Notes: generated from the letters alone by a model not told the origin. DNA of 64,000 bases from a virus (IMGVR_UViG_3300045988_158973:36524-100523), one strand, 5' to 3'. Shown: positions 24,945 through 33,934, counted from the stretch's first letter. Numbers and translations: made by a program.

Positions 24945-25931
24945 TTACGACACGGGTTTGCCCTTTGTGTCCATCACCACGGCGGCTTCCTCGACCTTCT
25001 CGTCCAGATCGGCCACCGTAGGAGCGCTGCCGTCCTTGGGGATGACGATACGCGCCAGCCCTACCTTCTTCCCGAGCGACTTACCCAGCATCTCTGCCAA
25101 GGCCGCCATCGGGTTGTCTTCAAGGACTTCAGCAGGCTCTTCGTCGATGATACCGTGTTCGCGCTTGTATACCTCCGACATGGCCAAAAAGCGCGTGTGG
25201 TACTCGTTGACGATCTCTTCAGCGTCGTGCTGGAGATAGCCTTCGTCGGCCAACGTGGCCAACACTTCAGGGTTGATAGCCACCAGGCGTTCGACGATGA
25301 ACGTTCCAACGCCAAACACGTTCACCAACAGCAGGCCGTCGGTGCGGCGGTATACAGCACCCATGAGGTCGTTGTCGACCATCACGAACTGGTTCTTCAG
25401 TTCGCGCGGATTCAGCGTGGGGACGTGGCGCATACATTCCTCAACGCCGATACCGCAGTGGCCGTAGCGGTTGTTAACGATTTTCAGGACCGAGCGCTCG
25501 ATCACCAGCCACTCAGCGTCCAACACCGGGCCGTACTTTTCGATGGCCTCAACACCAAGGGCGGTGAAGTGAAGCGTGTCGTCGTCAACGCACAACTCCA
25601 ACAGCCCGGCGTCGCTACACTCGTACGACACGCGCTTGATTTCGCGAACGAAGTCTGCGCCGTCAGGGATAGGCATCACGCGCCGCATCAGCAGGTTGGC
25701 GTCCAGCATCTGGCCAAGCCAGTTACGGACCTCGCTGTAAGGCACGGCCACTTCGTCAACACCCGTGAACGGCAGCGGGCCTTCGTCGACGTTAGGGATG
25801 AAGGGGCGGTCAGCGGCAGCAGCGGCGACGGCGTACAGGAACAGAACCTGCGTCTTGGTGATTGAGGCTTCGGCGTTGATGGCCAGCGGGGCGGTGGCGT
25901 TGAAAACGCTCGTGATAGTTTGATTTTCCAT
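24945..25931 (-). CDS. hypothetical protein (328 aa)
   Basis: Last gene of the P3 unit. No motif. Confidence 0.6.
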   Translation of the reverse strand: MENQTITSVFNATAPLAINAEASITKTQVLFLYAVAAAAADRPFIPNVDEGPLPFTGVDEVAVPYSEVRNWLGQMLDANLLMRRVMPIPDGADFVREIKRVSYECSDAGLLELCVDDDTLHFTALGVEAIEKYGPVLDAEWLVIERSVLKIVNNRYGHCGIGVEECMRHVPTLNPRELKNQFVMVDNDLMGAVYRRTDGLLLVNVFGVGTFIVERLVAINPEVLATLADEGYLQHDAEEIVNEYHTRFLAMSEVYKREHGIIDEEPAEVLEDNPMAALAEMLGKSLGKKVGLARIVIPKDGSAPTVADLDEKVEEAAVVMDTKGKPVS

Positions 25932-25969
25932 TTTCGTTTTGCTATTTGGTGATTAAAAGGTTTGCGTTG

Positions 25970-26197
25970 TTATTTGGCCTCGTTCTCGAATGCCCTCAAA
26001 AGTTCACGGGTGTCGGCTATACGTTCACACAACCGCCTCACTTCTTCGTCGGTGGCGTTTTCCTTGGCGCGATTCAGCGACTTTACCTGCTCACGGTACA
26101 GCGCTACCTGTACACGGAGAGCCTCCTTGGAATGGTTTTTAGCGTAGTCACGGGCCGTAGCCATGGCCGTCGCACGAGTTACTCGATTAGGTGCCAT
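25970..26197 (-). CDS. hypothetical small helical protein (75 aa)
   Basis: Minus-strand ORF with charged helical composition. Confidence 0.5.
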   Translation of the reverse strand: MAPNRVTRATAMATARDYAKNHSKEALRVQVALYREQVKSLNRAKENATDEEVRRLCERIADTRELLRAFENEAK

Positions 26198-26216
26198 AAT
26201 TCACGATATTAGGGGA

Positions 26217-26516
26217 TTAAACTTCGATTTCTATTTTCTCGAACATCACACGGTCGAGGTTGAAGTCACCGAATACAGTCGTCAGGGTGTACCACGCATC
26301 AGCCACTTCACGGCGTGTTAGGCGAGGGACCATGATGGCGGTGTGGAGGTTGGCGTTGATGGTTACGTTGGTCAGGACGTTGGTGCCGGGTAACAACTCG
26401 CGAGCCGTTATCAACCGTCGCTCTTCCGTGCGAGCACGTTCGTAGACGGACATATCACGAAGGTCGCTGTTGGCGGTGGCGTTTACGACGTAGAGGTTGA
26501 TGAAAGTAGGGTTCAT
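26217..26516 (-). CDS. hypothetical protein (99 aa)
   Basis: Minus-strand ORF. Confidence 0.5.
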   Translation of the reverse strand: MNPTFINLYVVNATANSDLRDMSVYERARTEERRLITARELLPGTNVLTNVTINANLHTAIMVPRLTRREVADAWYTLTTVFGDFNLDRVMFEKIEIEV

Positions 26517-26521
26517 CGCTT

Positions 26522-27349
26522 TTACCAGTTTTGGAGTTCGTATTGGTTGAACGCGGCTTCAAAGCCTTCAAGACCGAGTTCTTTTAGTTGAACGTTGGCA
26601 GTGCTGATGGCAGTCGCGATCTTAGCTGCGGCGGACCCGTATACCAGCAAGAGGTCTTTAAGCGATTTAAGACGACCTGCCAACAGCAACACCCCCATCC
26701 ACGCATAGCGCACGACCTGGATATTCACGTCGTCGCACGAAAAACGTCCGTGATTGTCCACCGCTGTTACCAGCGTGGGCTCATCGTTACCACTCACGCC
26801 ACGGTCGATGTAGAACGTCAGCGCCGACTTTTCAACGATTTCGCCTTTAGCGTCGGCCAACCCAAACGTCACGGAGTTCTCGGTGAAACGTGCCACGCGC
26901 CAGTCTTCGCAGTTGCGGTGCTCTTCAACGAACTTATTCAACTGGGCGAGGAACGTTTTGTTTTGGCGGTCCAGTTCGGCGTTGTTGTGATTGATGGTGT
27001 TGAGCAATTCTTCTTGGCGTGCCCTCCCCTCCGGCGACCGGAGATAGGTGTCTTGGAGGTGGAAGCGCAGCCAACGCTCACGCGCTTCGCGGAACAGGCA
27101 CTCCATATTCTTCAGGTAATCGACCATGTAGCGCTTCGTGTGTTGGTACTCGCCGGGCTTGAACGAGTTACCACCCATCGTTTGGAAGGCGAGGTCGTAT
27201 GCCTTTTGAGCCTTGAACGACGGCTCGGGGTTGGTGCCGGTGCGGCGGGCTTCAGCCTCGCACCAATCTTCGCGGCGCTTGAATACGTCGATAATGGCGT
27301 CCATCACCTCTTCCTTGGTCTTGAACTGGTTGATAAGGTACGTTTTCAT
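26522..27349 (-). CDS. hypothetical protein (275 aa)
   Basis: Minus-strand ORF. No motif. Confidence 0.6.
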   Translation of the reverse strand: MKTYLINQFKTKEEVMDAIIDVFKRREDWCEAEARRTGTNPEPSFKAQKAYDLAFQTMGGNSFKPGEYQHTKRYMVDYLKNMECLFREARERWLRFHLQDTYLRSPEGRARQEELLNTINHNNAELDRQNKTFLAQLNKFVEEHRNCEDWRVARFTENSVTFGLADAKGEIVEKSALTFYIDRGVSGNDEPTLVTAVDNHGRFSCDDVNIQVVRYAWMGVLLLAGRLKSLKDLLLVYGSAAAKIATAISTANVQLKELGLEGFEAAFNQYELQNW

Positions 27350-27350
27350 G

Positions 27351-28280
27351 TTATTTCTTATCGTTAAATTGTTTAATTGCTTCTACGACCTTGGCGAACT
27401 CGTCGGCGGTAAAGTAAACACGTTTACAAATCGTGTCACCCGTGCCGTAAATCAGTTCTACATAGCGTTCGTCGTTGACCGACGGTGCGCTAACCGTAGC
27501 GAAGGCGCCGTTGGGGTGTTCTTCGTCCGGAGTTTCTTTTACTACTACCGGATAGTGAGGATTCAATTCACAGAACACTCCAGCGGATTCCCCAGTGAGG
27601 TGTACGACGCGGACGGAATTCGGGAACTGCTGTACGACCTGATACTCACGCTGGTTGATATTTGAATACACGCGACTGCCTACAGCCACCTCGCCGAGCG
27701 GTTGCTCGTGGTCGGTGATGAGCGTAACACCGATGGCTACTGCTGATTTGCCGGCTGACGGGAAATTGGTTCTGAAGGTGTCGAGAGCCTCATCGAGAGC
27801 TGGCTTTTCAACGGCCGCAATCGTTACACGGCCTAAATACTTACCGTTTTTGTCGGCGAACTGGAACGTGTAGAGGTTGAGTTCTTCATCCGTTTCCGGT
27901 TCTTCTGGGGTCTTGGCCCACTCCAGCCACGCTTTATTCCAAGACGAGCGGATGAACAGCATATCACCCGAGCCGTCACCCCACCAGTCGTTGCAGTGCG
28001 ATAACTGAGCGCCGTATCGATTCCGATTAGCCGGGCACAGTTTAGCGTAAATCGAGCGGAACATCGTAGCCACGACACGACCAGCAAAGTGCTTACCCTC
28101 GCGGGCGTCGTTCGTGCAGTAGCCCCAAGCACCAACGGTTTCAATCTTGCCGTGCCCGTCGAGGAACTCGGAGTCGGTATCTCCCCAACCTCCATAGAGG
28201 AAGGTGTCTTTCAGGAGCTGGCGCTCTTCAGCGGTCAATACGCTTACGATAGTGCGGATGTTTTCGATAGAAGGTTTCAT
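27351..28280 (-). CDS. hypothetical protein (309 aa)
   Basis: The start is reset to ATG 28280 (MKPSIENIRT) because the track's 28334 start reads through promoter P3. W/G-rich motifs YGGWGD and CNDWWGDGSGD. Confidence 0.6.
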   Translation of the reverse strand: MKPSIENIRTIVSVLTAEERQLLKDTFLYGGWGDTDSEFLDGHGKIETVGAWGYCTNDAREGKHFAGRVVATMFRSIYAKLCPANRNRYGAQLSHCNDWWGDGSGDMLFIRSSWNKAWLEWAKTPEEPETDEELNLYTFQFADKNGKYLGRVTIAAVEKPALDEALDTFRTNFPSAGKSAVAIGVTLITDHEQPLGEVAVGSRVYSNINQREYQVVQQFPNSVRVVHLTGESAGVFCELNPHYPVVVKETPDEEHPNGAFATVSAPSVNDERYVELIYGTGDTICKRVYFTADEFAKVVEAIKQFNDKK

Positions 28281-28289
28281 AATTCCAAG

Positions 28290-28365
28290 TGTTTTAGTTT
28301 CATTTCCACTACAAAGGTACGGCGAATCTGCCAAACAGCCAAGAGAATTACGAAATATTTTTCAA
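28290..28365 (-). promoter_or_regulatory. promoter cassette P3
   Basis: The minus strand reads ATTTCGTAATTCTCTTGG-N20-TACCTTTG(28319..28312)-TAGTGGAAATGAAACTAAAACAC..ATG(28280). Confidence 0.6.
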
Positions 28366-28450
28366 AGATTTTTCCAAATCGTCGTTTCACTAACACCACA
28401 GCGAATATAGCGTCATCAACAATAACGCCAACACAACACCAAACCCCGCC

Positions 28451-28489
28451 AAATAAACGAGGTTGACGATCACCCGGACCACCAACCTC
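28451..28489 (-). terminator. hairpin terminator after 28512 gene
   Basis: The minus strand reads GAGGTTG-loop17-CAACCTC followed by GTTTATTT. Confidence 0.55.
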
Positions 28490-28511
28490 ACCATCCATAT
28501 CAATACTCGTT

Positions 28512-28937
28512 TCACGGCTTGAAAAGCATTTTGTTACACCGCCGACACCGTAACAGCACACGGGGGAGGTAGCGGTGCTCGTACGCACCGCGCATAAAGA
28601 TTCTCGCCTGTGAGTACGTCAACGCGATTTCTTCGCCACACTCACACGTCAGCGTGATACGCGCAGTGTACTTACCCTCGCCAGCCGTTTCATCCAAATA
28701 CAAGCGGTCAGGATATTCGCTACACTCCAACACTCCGTTGGCGTTACGCTTCCACGCTCTCACGCGCTCTTTTCCAAACCCCATATCCATCGTGATGGCG
28801 TACCCTGACGTGTTGGCCAAGAACTCTGGCGTGAGTATTATCTGCGTGGTGTCGTCGGCTGTTTTGACGGTATAGCACCCCCAACGACGCATTTCGTCAT
28901 TCAGACGCGGGTCGTCATAATTTCGTTCTTCAGTCAT
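28512..28937 (-). CDS. hypothetical protein with C-terminal Zn-ribbon-like Cys pairs (141 aa)
   Basis: ..LTCECGEE..LLRCRRCNK.. A GCCAAC..GTTAT-like motif (28957-28973) lies 19 nt upstream of the ATG. Confidence 0.5.
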   Translation of the reverse strand: MTEERNYDDPRLNDEMRRWGCYTVKTADDTTQIILTPEFLANTSGYAITMDMGFGKERVRAWKRNANGVLECSEYPDRLYLDETAGEGKYTARITLTCECGEEIALTYSQARIFMRGAYEHRYLPRVLLRCRRCNKMLFKP

Positions 28938-28948
28938 ATTTCACGATT

Positions 28949-29509
28949 TTAGTCAAATAACGTTCCGTTGGCGTATTTCATCACCCACACCTTAGATTCC
29001 AGTAGGTAGTCGCCCTCTTTAGCCATATCCACCAACCGCCAATACTGGGTAAATACGCGCCCCGTGGGGTCTTCTCCGGTGGCGGAATTGTAGCGCACCT
29101 CCATCCGTGTACGGCCAAAGTCGCGAAACCCCAACCGCGCAGCACGAAAGTGGTGTTCGTCGTCGGTGCTGGCCAGCGTCACGGCGATAGCATCCACCAG
29201 CGGTGCTACTTTCAACAACCCCTCAACGTCAGGGAACCCGGTGAATAGCTTGACGCGCACGGTGGGGTTTGACGCACGGACTTGCTCTACGACTTCGATA
29301 ACGCGCTGTGGGTAGTTCATCGGTTCGCCACCGATAATCTGTACCACCGGGAACTCACGCCCCAACGCGCGGCCCGTAGTGATACACACCTTGCCTTGTG
29401 CCGTCCACAGTTCACGCGCCGCCGCCAACACCTTCATTCCATAGGCGTCAACAGGCAATTCGTCAACGATCAAACGACATATAGGTCCTCGCAGGTTCAT
29501 AAGCATCAA
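28949..29509 (-). CDS. hypothetical protein with radical-SAM-activase-like GGEP segment but no CxxxCxxC
   Basis: VVQIIGGEPMNYPQRVIEVVEQVRASNPTVRVKLFTG resembles the GGEP..TNG core of NrdG/QueE-type proteins. No cluster-binding Cys triad is present. Confidence 0.25.
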   Translation of the reverse strand: MMLMNLRGPICRLIVDELPVDAYGMKVLAAARELWTAQGKVCITTGRALGREFPVVQIIGGEPMNYPQRVIEVVEQVRASNPTVRVKLFTGFPDVEGLLKVAPLVDAIAVTLASTDDEHHFRAARLGFRDFGRTRMEVRYNSATGEDPTGRVFTQYWRLVDMAKEGDYLLESKVWVMKYANGTLFD

Positions 29510-29994
29510 CGGTTCTTGGTTCGTTTAACAACACGCCCTGTCTCTTCTGGCGTTTCGTCTAATCCGCGGTTGTAAGGTGCGTCGGCTATTTCGCTGAAGG
29601 GGTACGGCACCGGCATCGTATTCAGTTCGCGACGACTTACGAGGTCTTTCCACGAGCGTTTACGATATCCCCGCGTGTGCTTAAGAACGTTGGGGGGTAT
29701 CATATCGGCTGGCGGTTCGTACGCAGGTGCGGGAGGCGGAGGAGGCGTTACGAGCGCTTTTGGTTTACGACCACGGCGTGAGGTGGGCTTCACGATGTTG
29801 GCGGTGTCGTTTTTACGGACTTTCCCCCTCTGACGGAGTAAACCCCTTCGCGACGCTGTACTGCGGACCGTAGCGATCGCCAATCCCCATTTAGCACAAT
29901 ACGCCTTTACATCCATCGTGGCGTAGGTTTCGATGAGTTCTCGTAGCGCAGGGCTGCCTTCGTAAAGCACAGCGCGATTTCCAGGTCGGGACAT
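29506..29994 (-). CDS. hypothetical protein (162 aa, basic, Pro-rich linker)
   Basis: Minus-strand ORF with a PPPPPAPAYEPP linker. Confidence 0.5.
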   Translation of the reverse strand: MSRPGNRAVLYEGSPALRELIETYATMDVKAYCAKWGLAIATVRSTASRRGLLRQRGKVRKNDTANIVKPTSRRGRKPKALVTPPPPPAPAYEPPADMIPPNVLKHTRGYRKRSWKDLVSRRELNTMPVPYPFSEIADAPYNRGLDETPEETGRVVKRTKNR

Positions 29995-29995
29995 A

Positions 29996-30232
29996 TCACA
30001 GGTAAGTTAGGGTGGTGGTGTATTTAGCGCGTTCTTCATTCAACAGGGCCAACAGCCGTTCTTCAGAGCGCGTAGAAGACCCTTCGTGGTGGTATTCATC
30101 CAGCGTGAGGTCCACTTCAGCGTCGTTGTGGACAGGATAACCCTTACCGCTGGTGATGAGTTTGCGTTCAGCCTTCACGCGTTGACGGCGGACGTCTTCG
30201 ATTTGGCGTATAATTTCGTCTTTCGTCATCAC
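29996..30232 (-). CDS. hypothetical small protein (78 aa)
   Basis: Minus-strand ORF. Confidence 0.45.
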   Translation of the reverse strand: MMTKDEIIRQIEDVRRQRVKAERKLITSGKGYPVHNDAEVDLTLDEYHHEGSSTRSEERLLALLNEERAKYTTTLTYL

Positions 30233-30558
30233 CGCGTTAGTTTCAACATCCAGTCGCGGAAGTGGTACGGCGCTCCGGGTGTGTATTCAATCATTTCACC
30301 AGTACGCAAGTTACGCAGGTGATAGGTAGGGAAAATTGCTTCAGGTTCGCCGCCAACGATTAGACACGTGTCTTCACCGCGGCCAGCGCCAGTGTACATT
30401 TCTTCCAACAGCCCAATAGGGTCGTCGTTGGCGTCATCGTACACCACACCTTCTAATTCCATGAACGTGGCTTCGTCGTACTCGACGCCAACGTGTTCTG
30501 CTATTTCGGGCCACGTCTTAACCTTTACGCGGGTGCCGATACGGTACAGGGGATTCAT
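30229..30558 (-). CDS. hypothetical protein (109 aa)
   Basis: Minus-strand ORF with a 4-nt overlap. Confidence 0.5.
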   Translation of the reverse strand: MNPLYRIGTRVKVKTWPEIAEHVGVEYDEATFMELEGVVYDDANDDPIGLLEEMYTGAGRGEDTCLIVGGEPEAIFPTYHLRNLRTGEMIEYTPGAPYHFRDWMLKLTR

Positions 30559-30893
30559 TTCTGGGGTTGTTTAGGACGTTCAGGGTCGTAGGTATTGATA
30601 GTGTTCTGTATTTTACGGAGGTTGTACGCAACGTGGACCTCTTTAGCCATCAGCGTCTGGCGATACGCTTCAACGAGATGAGGCCGGAGTGCGTCGAGCA
30701 TTTCACCGTTGATGGCGGCATCGGTCAACACCTTACCTTCAAGGTCGGTGATGTTGATAATGACGGCAGAACCAAAATACGTGCCGTCGTTCACGTGTGC
30801 CAGCGTGTCCACCGCTTTCATCACAGCGTCAGCTGTTTGGACTTCGCTTTTGCGTCGCTCGGCGAGAAATTGTTTGAGGGTTTTGGATTTCAT
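30555..30893 (-). CDS. hypothetical protein (112 aa)
   Basis: Minus-strand ORF. Confidence 0.5.
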   Translation of the reverse strand: MKSKTLKQFLAERRKSEVQTADAVMKAVDTLAHVNDGTYFGSAVIINITDLEGKVLTDAAINGEMLDALRPHLVEAYRQTLMAKEVHVAYNLRKIQNTINTYDPERPKQPQK

Positions 30894-31025
30894 AACGAAT
30901 ATACGATTTAGTTCTACAATCTTACAACGGCGTCTAAATAGGCTTCAGCGCCTTCAACGCTGGGCGTTTCAGCCTCCCAGCCAGCAGCGTAGGCCGCAGC
31001 GATAATCATTTCACGTGTCATAGGG

Positions 31026-31214
31026 CTACCGATTTAAGCGTTCTACTATACGGGCCATCACATACAAGCCATACCCACCAACGCAAACTCCAAGGAGTTT
31101 CATCAGCCCGTCACCGTACCATACCAAGTTCACGCCAACAAACGCTATTACGACGACGATTATAACCAGCGCCCACGCAGCGCGTTCTTCCAGCTGTTTA
31201 CGATTCTTATCCAT
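31026..31214 (-). CDS. small two-TM membrane protein (62 aa)
   Basis: Hydrophobic helices AAWALVIIVVVIAFVGVNLVWY and LLGVCVGGYGLYVMARIV. Confidence 0.5.
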   Translation of the reverse strand: MDKNRKQLEERAAWALVIIVVVIAFVGVNLVWYGDGLMKLLGVCVGGYGLYVMARIVERLNR

Positions 31215-31228
31215 TTCGCCAAGTGTTT

Positions 31229-31342
31229 TTAGAACATCGAAACCATCAATCCGACCACAGCCAGCGTTCCGGCCATCAATCCAACGAACATCAGTACACG
31301 AGCCGTAACTTCAAGAGCGGAGATAAGATTAAAGCGTTTCAT
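31229..31342 (-). CDS. very small hydrophobic protein (37 aa), not in ORF track
   Basis: Own translation: MKRFNLISALEVTARVLMFVGLMAGTLAVVGLMVSMF. The ATG lies 32 nt downstream of the P4 -7 box, in the same position as in the other cassettes. Confidence 0.45.
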   Translation of the reverse strand: MKRFNLISALEVTARVLMFVGLMAGTLAVVGLMVSMF

Positions 31343-31349
31343 AGTTCAA

Positions 31350-31425
31350 GTATTTTAGTTTCATTTTCCAAGAGCGAAGGTAGTGTAAATCTCCAAGAGT
31401 TCAAAGAGAATTACGAAAAATCTTC
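31350..31425 (-). promoter_or_regulatory. promoter cassette P4
   Basis: The minus strand reads TTTTTCGTAATTCTCTTTG-N19-TACCTTCG(31382..31375)-CTCTTGGAAAATGAAACTAAAATAC..ATG(31342). Confidence 0.55.
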
Positions 31426-31457
31426 CAAGAAATGAAAACTTTTTTCGTAAACCGCCA

Positions 31458-31497
31458 ACAAAAGACCCCAGCCGACGGGGGTGGTGTCAGGCTGGGG
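31458..31497 (-). terminator. hairpin terminator after 31552 gene
   Basis: The minus strand reads CCCCAGCC-loop16-GGCTGGGG followed by TCTTTTGTT. Confidence 0.65.
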
Positions 31498-31551
31498 CTT
31501 ACAGAAAAGAAGTGTTGTTACCGCCTCGCGGCGTCACGTGATATAACGTTG

Positions 31552-32100
31552 TTAGATGAACCGCCGCGCGATCCACGAAATGTATTCAGCGCGTACCGCT
31601 GCGCGTTCGTTATCGCCGCGTTCACCACGCTGCTCACAGATATACGCTCGGCGTGCTATTTCGTAACACGGTAAGTCGCCCACCTGCTCCATCATCCACT
31701 GGTAGGGGTCGGTGTGGGGTGCAGCGCCAACGCCAGTCACCTCGCCATACCTGGTGTCAACGTTGATAGTTACAACGATCGGGAAGTCCATCATGTCTTG
31801 GCGTTTCAACGTCAGCATCACCTCACGCAGGTGGTCGCCGTTAGCGTATACAGCGTCGTAATATTCTGCGTACACACCATTGCTTAACGCCTTGGCTTCA
31901 GGGTCACGTCGGTAAGCCTTAAGCGCTCGGCGAGCGATACGGTCAACCACCTCGTCCCACGGCATCGTGTCGGAGTCGTGTTCGTCGAACCCAAACAGAT
32001 ACCTCACCCAAGAAAACGACGGGCGGTGCTCCCACCACATCACTATCAGAATCGCTACCGCACACGCCAACGCGGCGAAGAGTGTGAATTTATCCTCCAT
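31552..32100 (-). CDS. membrane-anchored hypothetical protein (182 aa)
   Basis: N-terminal TM FTLFAALACAVAILIVMWW. Confidence 0.55.
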   Translation of the reverse strand: MEDKFTLFAALACAVAILIVMWWEHRPSFSWVRYLFGFDEHDSDTMPWDEVVDRIARRALKAYRRDPEAKALSNGVYAEYYDAVYANGDHLREVMLTLKRQDMMDFPIVVTINVDTRYGEVTGVGAAPHTDPYQWMMEQVGDLPCYEIARRAYICEQRGERGDNERAAVRAEYISWIARRFI

Positions 32101-32118
32101 TTTGGTCTTGAATTTTGA

Positions 32119-32667
32119 TTATCTTCCGTGAAACGTCACTTTGTACCACCCAGCCCCTGCGACGGCCACAAATCGTATTTCACGATATCCCGGCTGGAGG
32201 CTGATGTACACCGCTGCTGACGTGTTGGCGAACGCGGCGATGACGTCAGTTTCGGCTTCAGGCGCGGTGATCTTCTCTACCACGGTGTCAGGACGCACGT
32301 CAAAGCCCAACGACCGAATAGCGCCCATAACATAGTCCGACGTTTCAACGCGACGCTGGAGCGTGGCGAACAACGCTTCGAAGTCGGTGCGGAATTCGCT
32401 GAACGAGCGTGCAACGGCGGCTTCGTTGGTGGCGGGAGTAGTGTTGTCGCCAACCACTACCACATATCGTTGACGTGTGTATACGTCGTTGGGGAGGCTG
32501 ATTTCTTGTGATACGCGCCAACCGATCTCAGCGGTCTTTTCAGCGAGGTAGTGAATACGCTCTTCGCGTTCACGATCCAGATTCACCAACACGTCAGCCT
32601 CAGCAGCGGTGATAAGTTCCACAGGCTGGCCATTCCAGCGCGATTTGAAGTCTTGAATTTCCATCAC
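32119..32667 (-). CDS. hypothetical protein (182 aa)
   Basis: Minus-strand ORF. Confidence 0.55.
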   Translation of the reverse strand: MMEIQDFKSRWNGQPVELITAAEADVLVNLDREREERIHYLAEKTAEIGWRVSQEISLPNDVYTRQRYVVVVGDNTTPATNEAAVARSFSEFRTDFEALFATLQRRVETSDYVMGAIRSLGFDVRPDTVVEKITAPEAETDVIAAFANTSAAVYISLQPGYREIRFVAVAGAGWYKVTFHGR

Positions 32668-33902
32668 TTCTTGAATTTTGATTTTTGCTTTTTGTTGAAT
32701 TTGTGTTGCGGTACGCGTCCTTCCTCACGTGTGAGTTCGTGTTCGTCGTCCGGTGTTTTATTAAACTTTGAACGCCAAAAGTCAACTTCAGCGTCAGCAC
32801 GCTGTTTAGGGCCTTCCAACACTTCACGCTGCCGAGCGATACGCTGTAAGAACAGCTGCTTTATAGCCTCGCTTGAGGTACGCTCTTCAGGGGTGAGAGG
32901 TTCGGCCTTGACGTCTTCCACTTCGTCGATACCGTTGACAGCGTGGTTGTGTTGAATACGGTTGAAGTCGTAGTTCATCGACGATGGGTACTCCATTTCG
33001 GCTTGGGGATCGTATTCTTCGCTGGTAGGCATAAAGCGGGCGTAATACGAGTTGTGCAGTCCGGCGACGAGTTTCGGTAGACTCCAGTTCATACGCGCAG
33101 CCACACGGCCAAGGATTATCTCCTTGAGGTTGACCGACTTGTATATGGTTTGTTGGATGTGAAGGCGTATTTCGGTTTCGACGTTGACGTCGATGGCGCC
33201 GTTAACGAATATCTGGTCCCCCTCGGCCTCTTTACGAATCTGTTCCAAGGTGCGTAACATCGAGTTATACGCATCGTTAGAACGAAGAGCCTTGTAGCGA
33301 GTTTTCATCTGGGTGTACATCCAACTCAACTCTTCCAACCGCGGTCGTTTTGAGTATAGGCGCACGTCTTGTACGCGGTTACGGAATTCGTCACGACGTT
33401 TTTCAATATCGTTTATAAACCGCTTCAAGACGTCTTGAACGTACGACAGTTCTACCTCTATTTCACGGCTTTCAGCCAGAATGCGTACTACCTCACGCGG
33501 AGTGAACATTTTCCCCAAAAGTTCCTTGACGTCTTCTACCAGCGACACGTCACTCAAATGGAGCGCTGCGTGTTCGGCTTTTTCAGCCTGTTTACGCTTA
33601 CGCGCCAAATCGAACGATCCGCGTGCGACGGCCAAAAGGCGGTTGGCGGTGATTTGGGCCTTGCGGCGTGCGCTGTATAGTTCCAATATCTCTTCTCGTT
33701 CGCTGGTAGAGAGGTGCTTAATGGTTTCGTTGAGTTTACGGGGGAACCACAGTAAGTTGATTTCCGTACCGTCCGACGCTAACACATGAATGCGTTTCAA
33801 CGTCGCCGACTCTTTCATCACCAAATACTTCTTCCACGCCACTGAATCAACGATTTCCGGTGGCACAGGGGCGTTTAATATGTCCTTGAAGTCTTTGTCC
33901 AT
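32664..33902 (-). CDS. hypothetical protein (412 aa, helical/coiled-coil)
   Basis: Minus-strand ORF. A GCCAAC-A-GTTAT motif lies 33 nt upstream of the ATG. Confidence 0.6.
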   Translation of the reverse strand: MDKDFKDILNAPVPPEIVDSVAWKKYLVMKESATLKRIHVLASDGTEINLLWFPRKLNETIKHLSTSEREEILELYSARRKAQITANRLLAVARGSFDLARKRKQAEKAEHAALHLSDVSLVEDVKELLGKMFTPREVVRILAESREIEVELSYVQDVLKRFINDIEKRRDEFRNRVQDVRLYSKRPRLEELSWMYTQMKTRYKALRSNDAYNSMLRTLEQIRKEAEGDQIFVNGAIDVNVETEIRLHIQQTIYKSVNLKEIILGRVAARMNWSLPKLVAGLHNSYYARFMPTSEEYDPQAEMEYPSSMNYDFNRIQHNHAVNGIDEVEDVKAEPLTPEERTSSEAIKQLFLQRIARQREVLEGPKQRADAEVDFWRSKFNKTPDDEHELTREEGRVPQHKFNKKQKSKFKK

Positions 33903-33934
33903 CTTCGTTTTGCTATATTGTTCTCTTGTTGATA

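Noticed and set aside
28277-28588. 103-aa minus-strand ORF spanning 28277-28588
   Set aside because: It crosses terminator 28451-28489 and promoter cassette P3, and it overlaps the end of the 28512 gene in another frame.
30956-31021. Small minus-strand ORF (MTREMIIAAAYAAGWEAETPKR, 22 aa) in the 132-nt gap 30894-31025
   Set aside because: On careful re-translation it stops after 22 codons. It is too short and unsupported, so the gap is more likely regulatory. A TAAGATTG -7-like box precedes the 30893 start.
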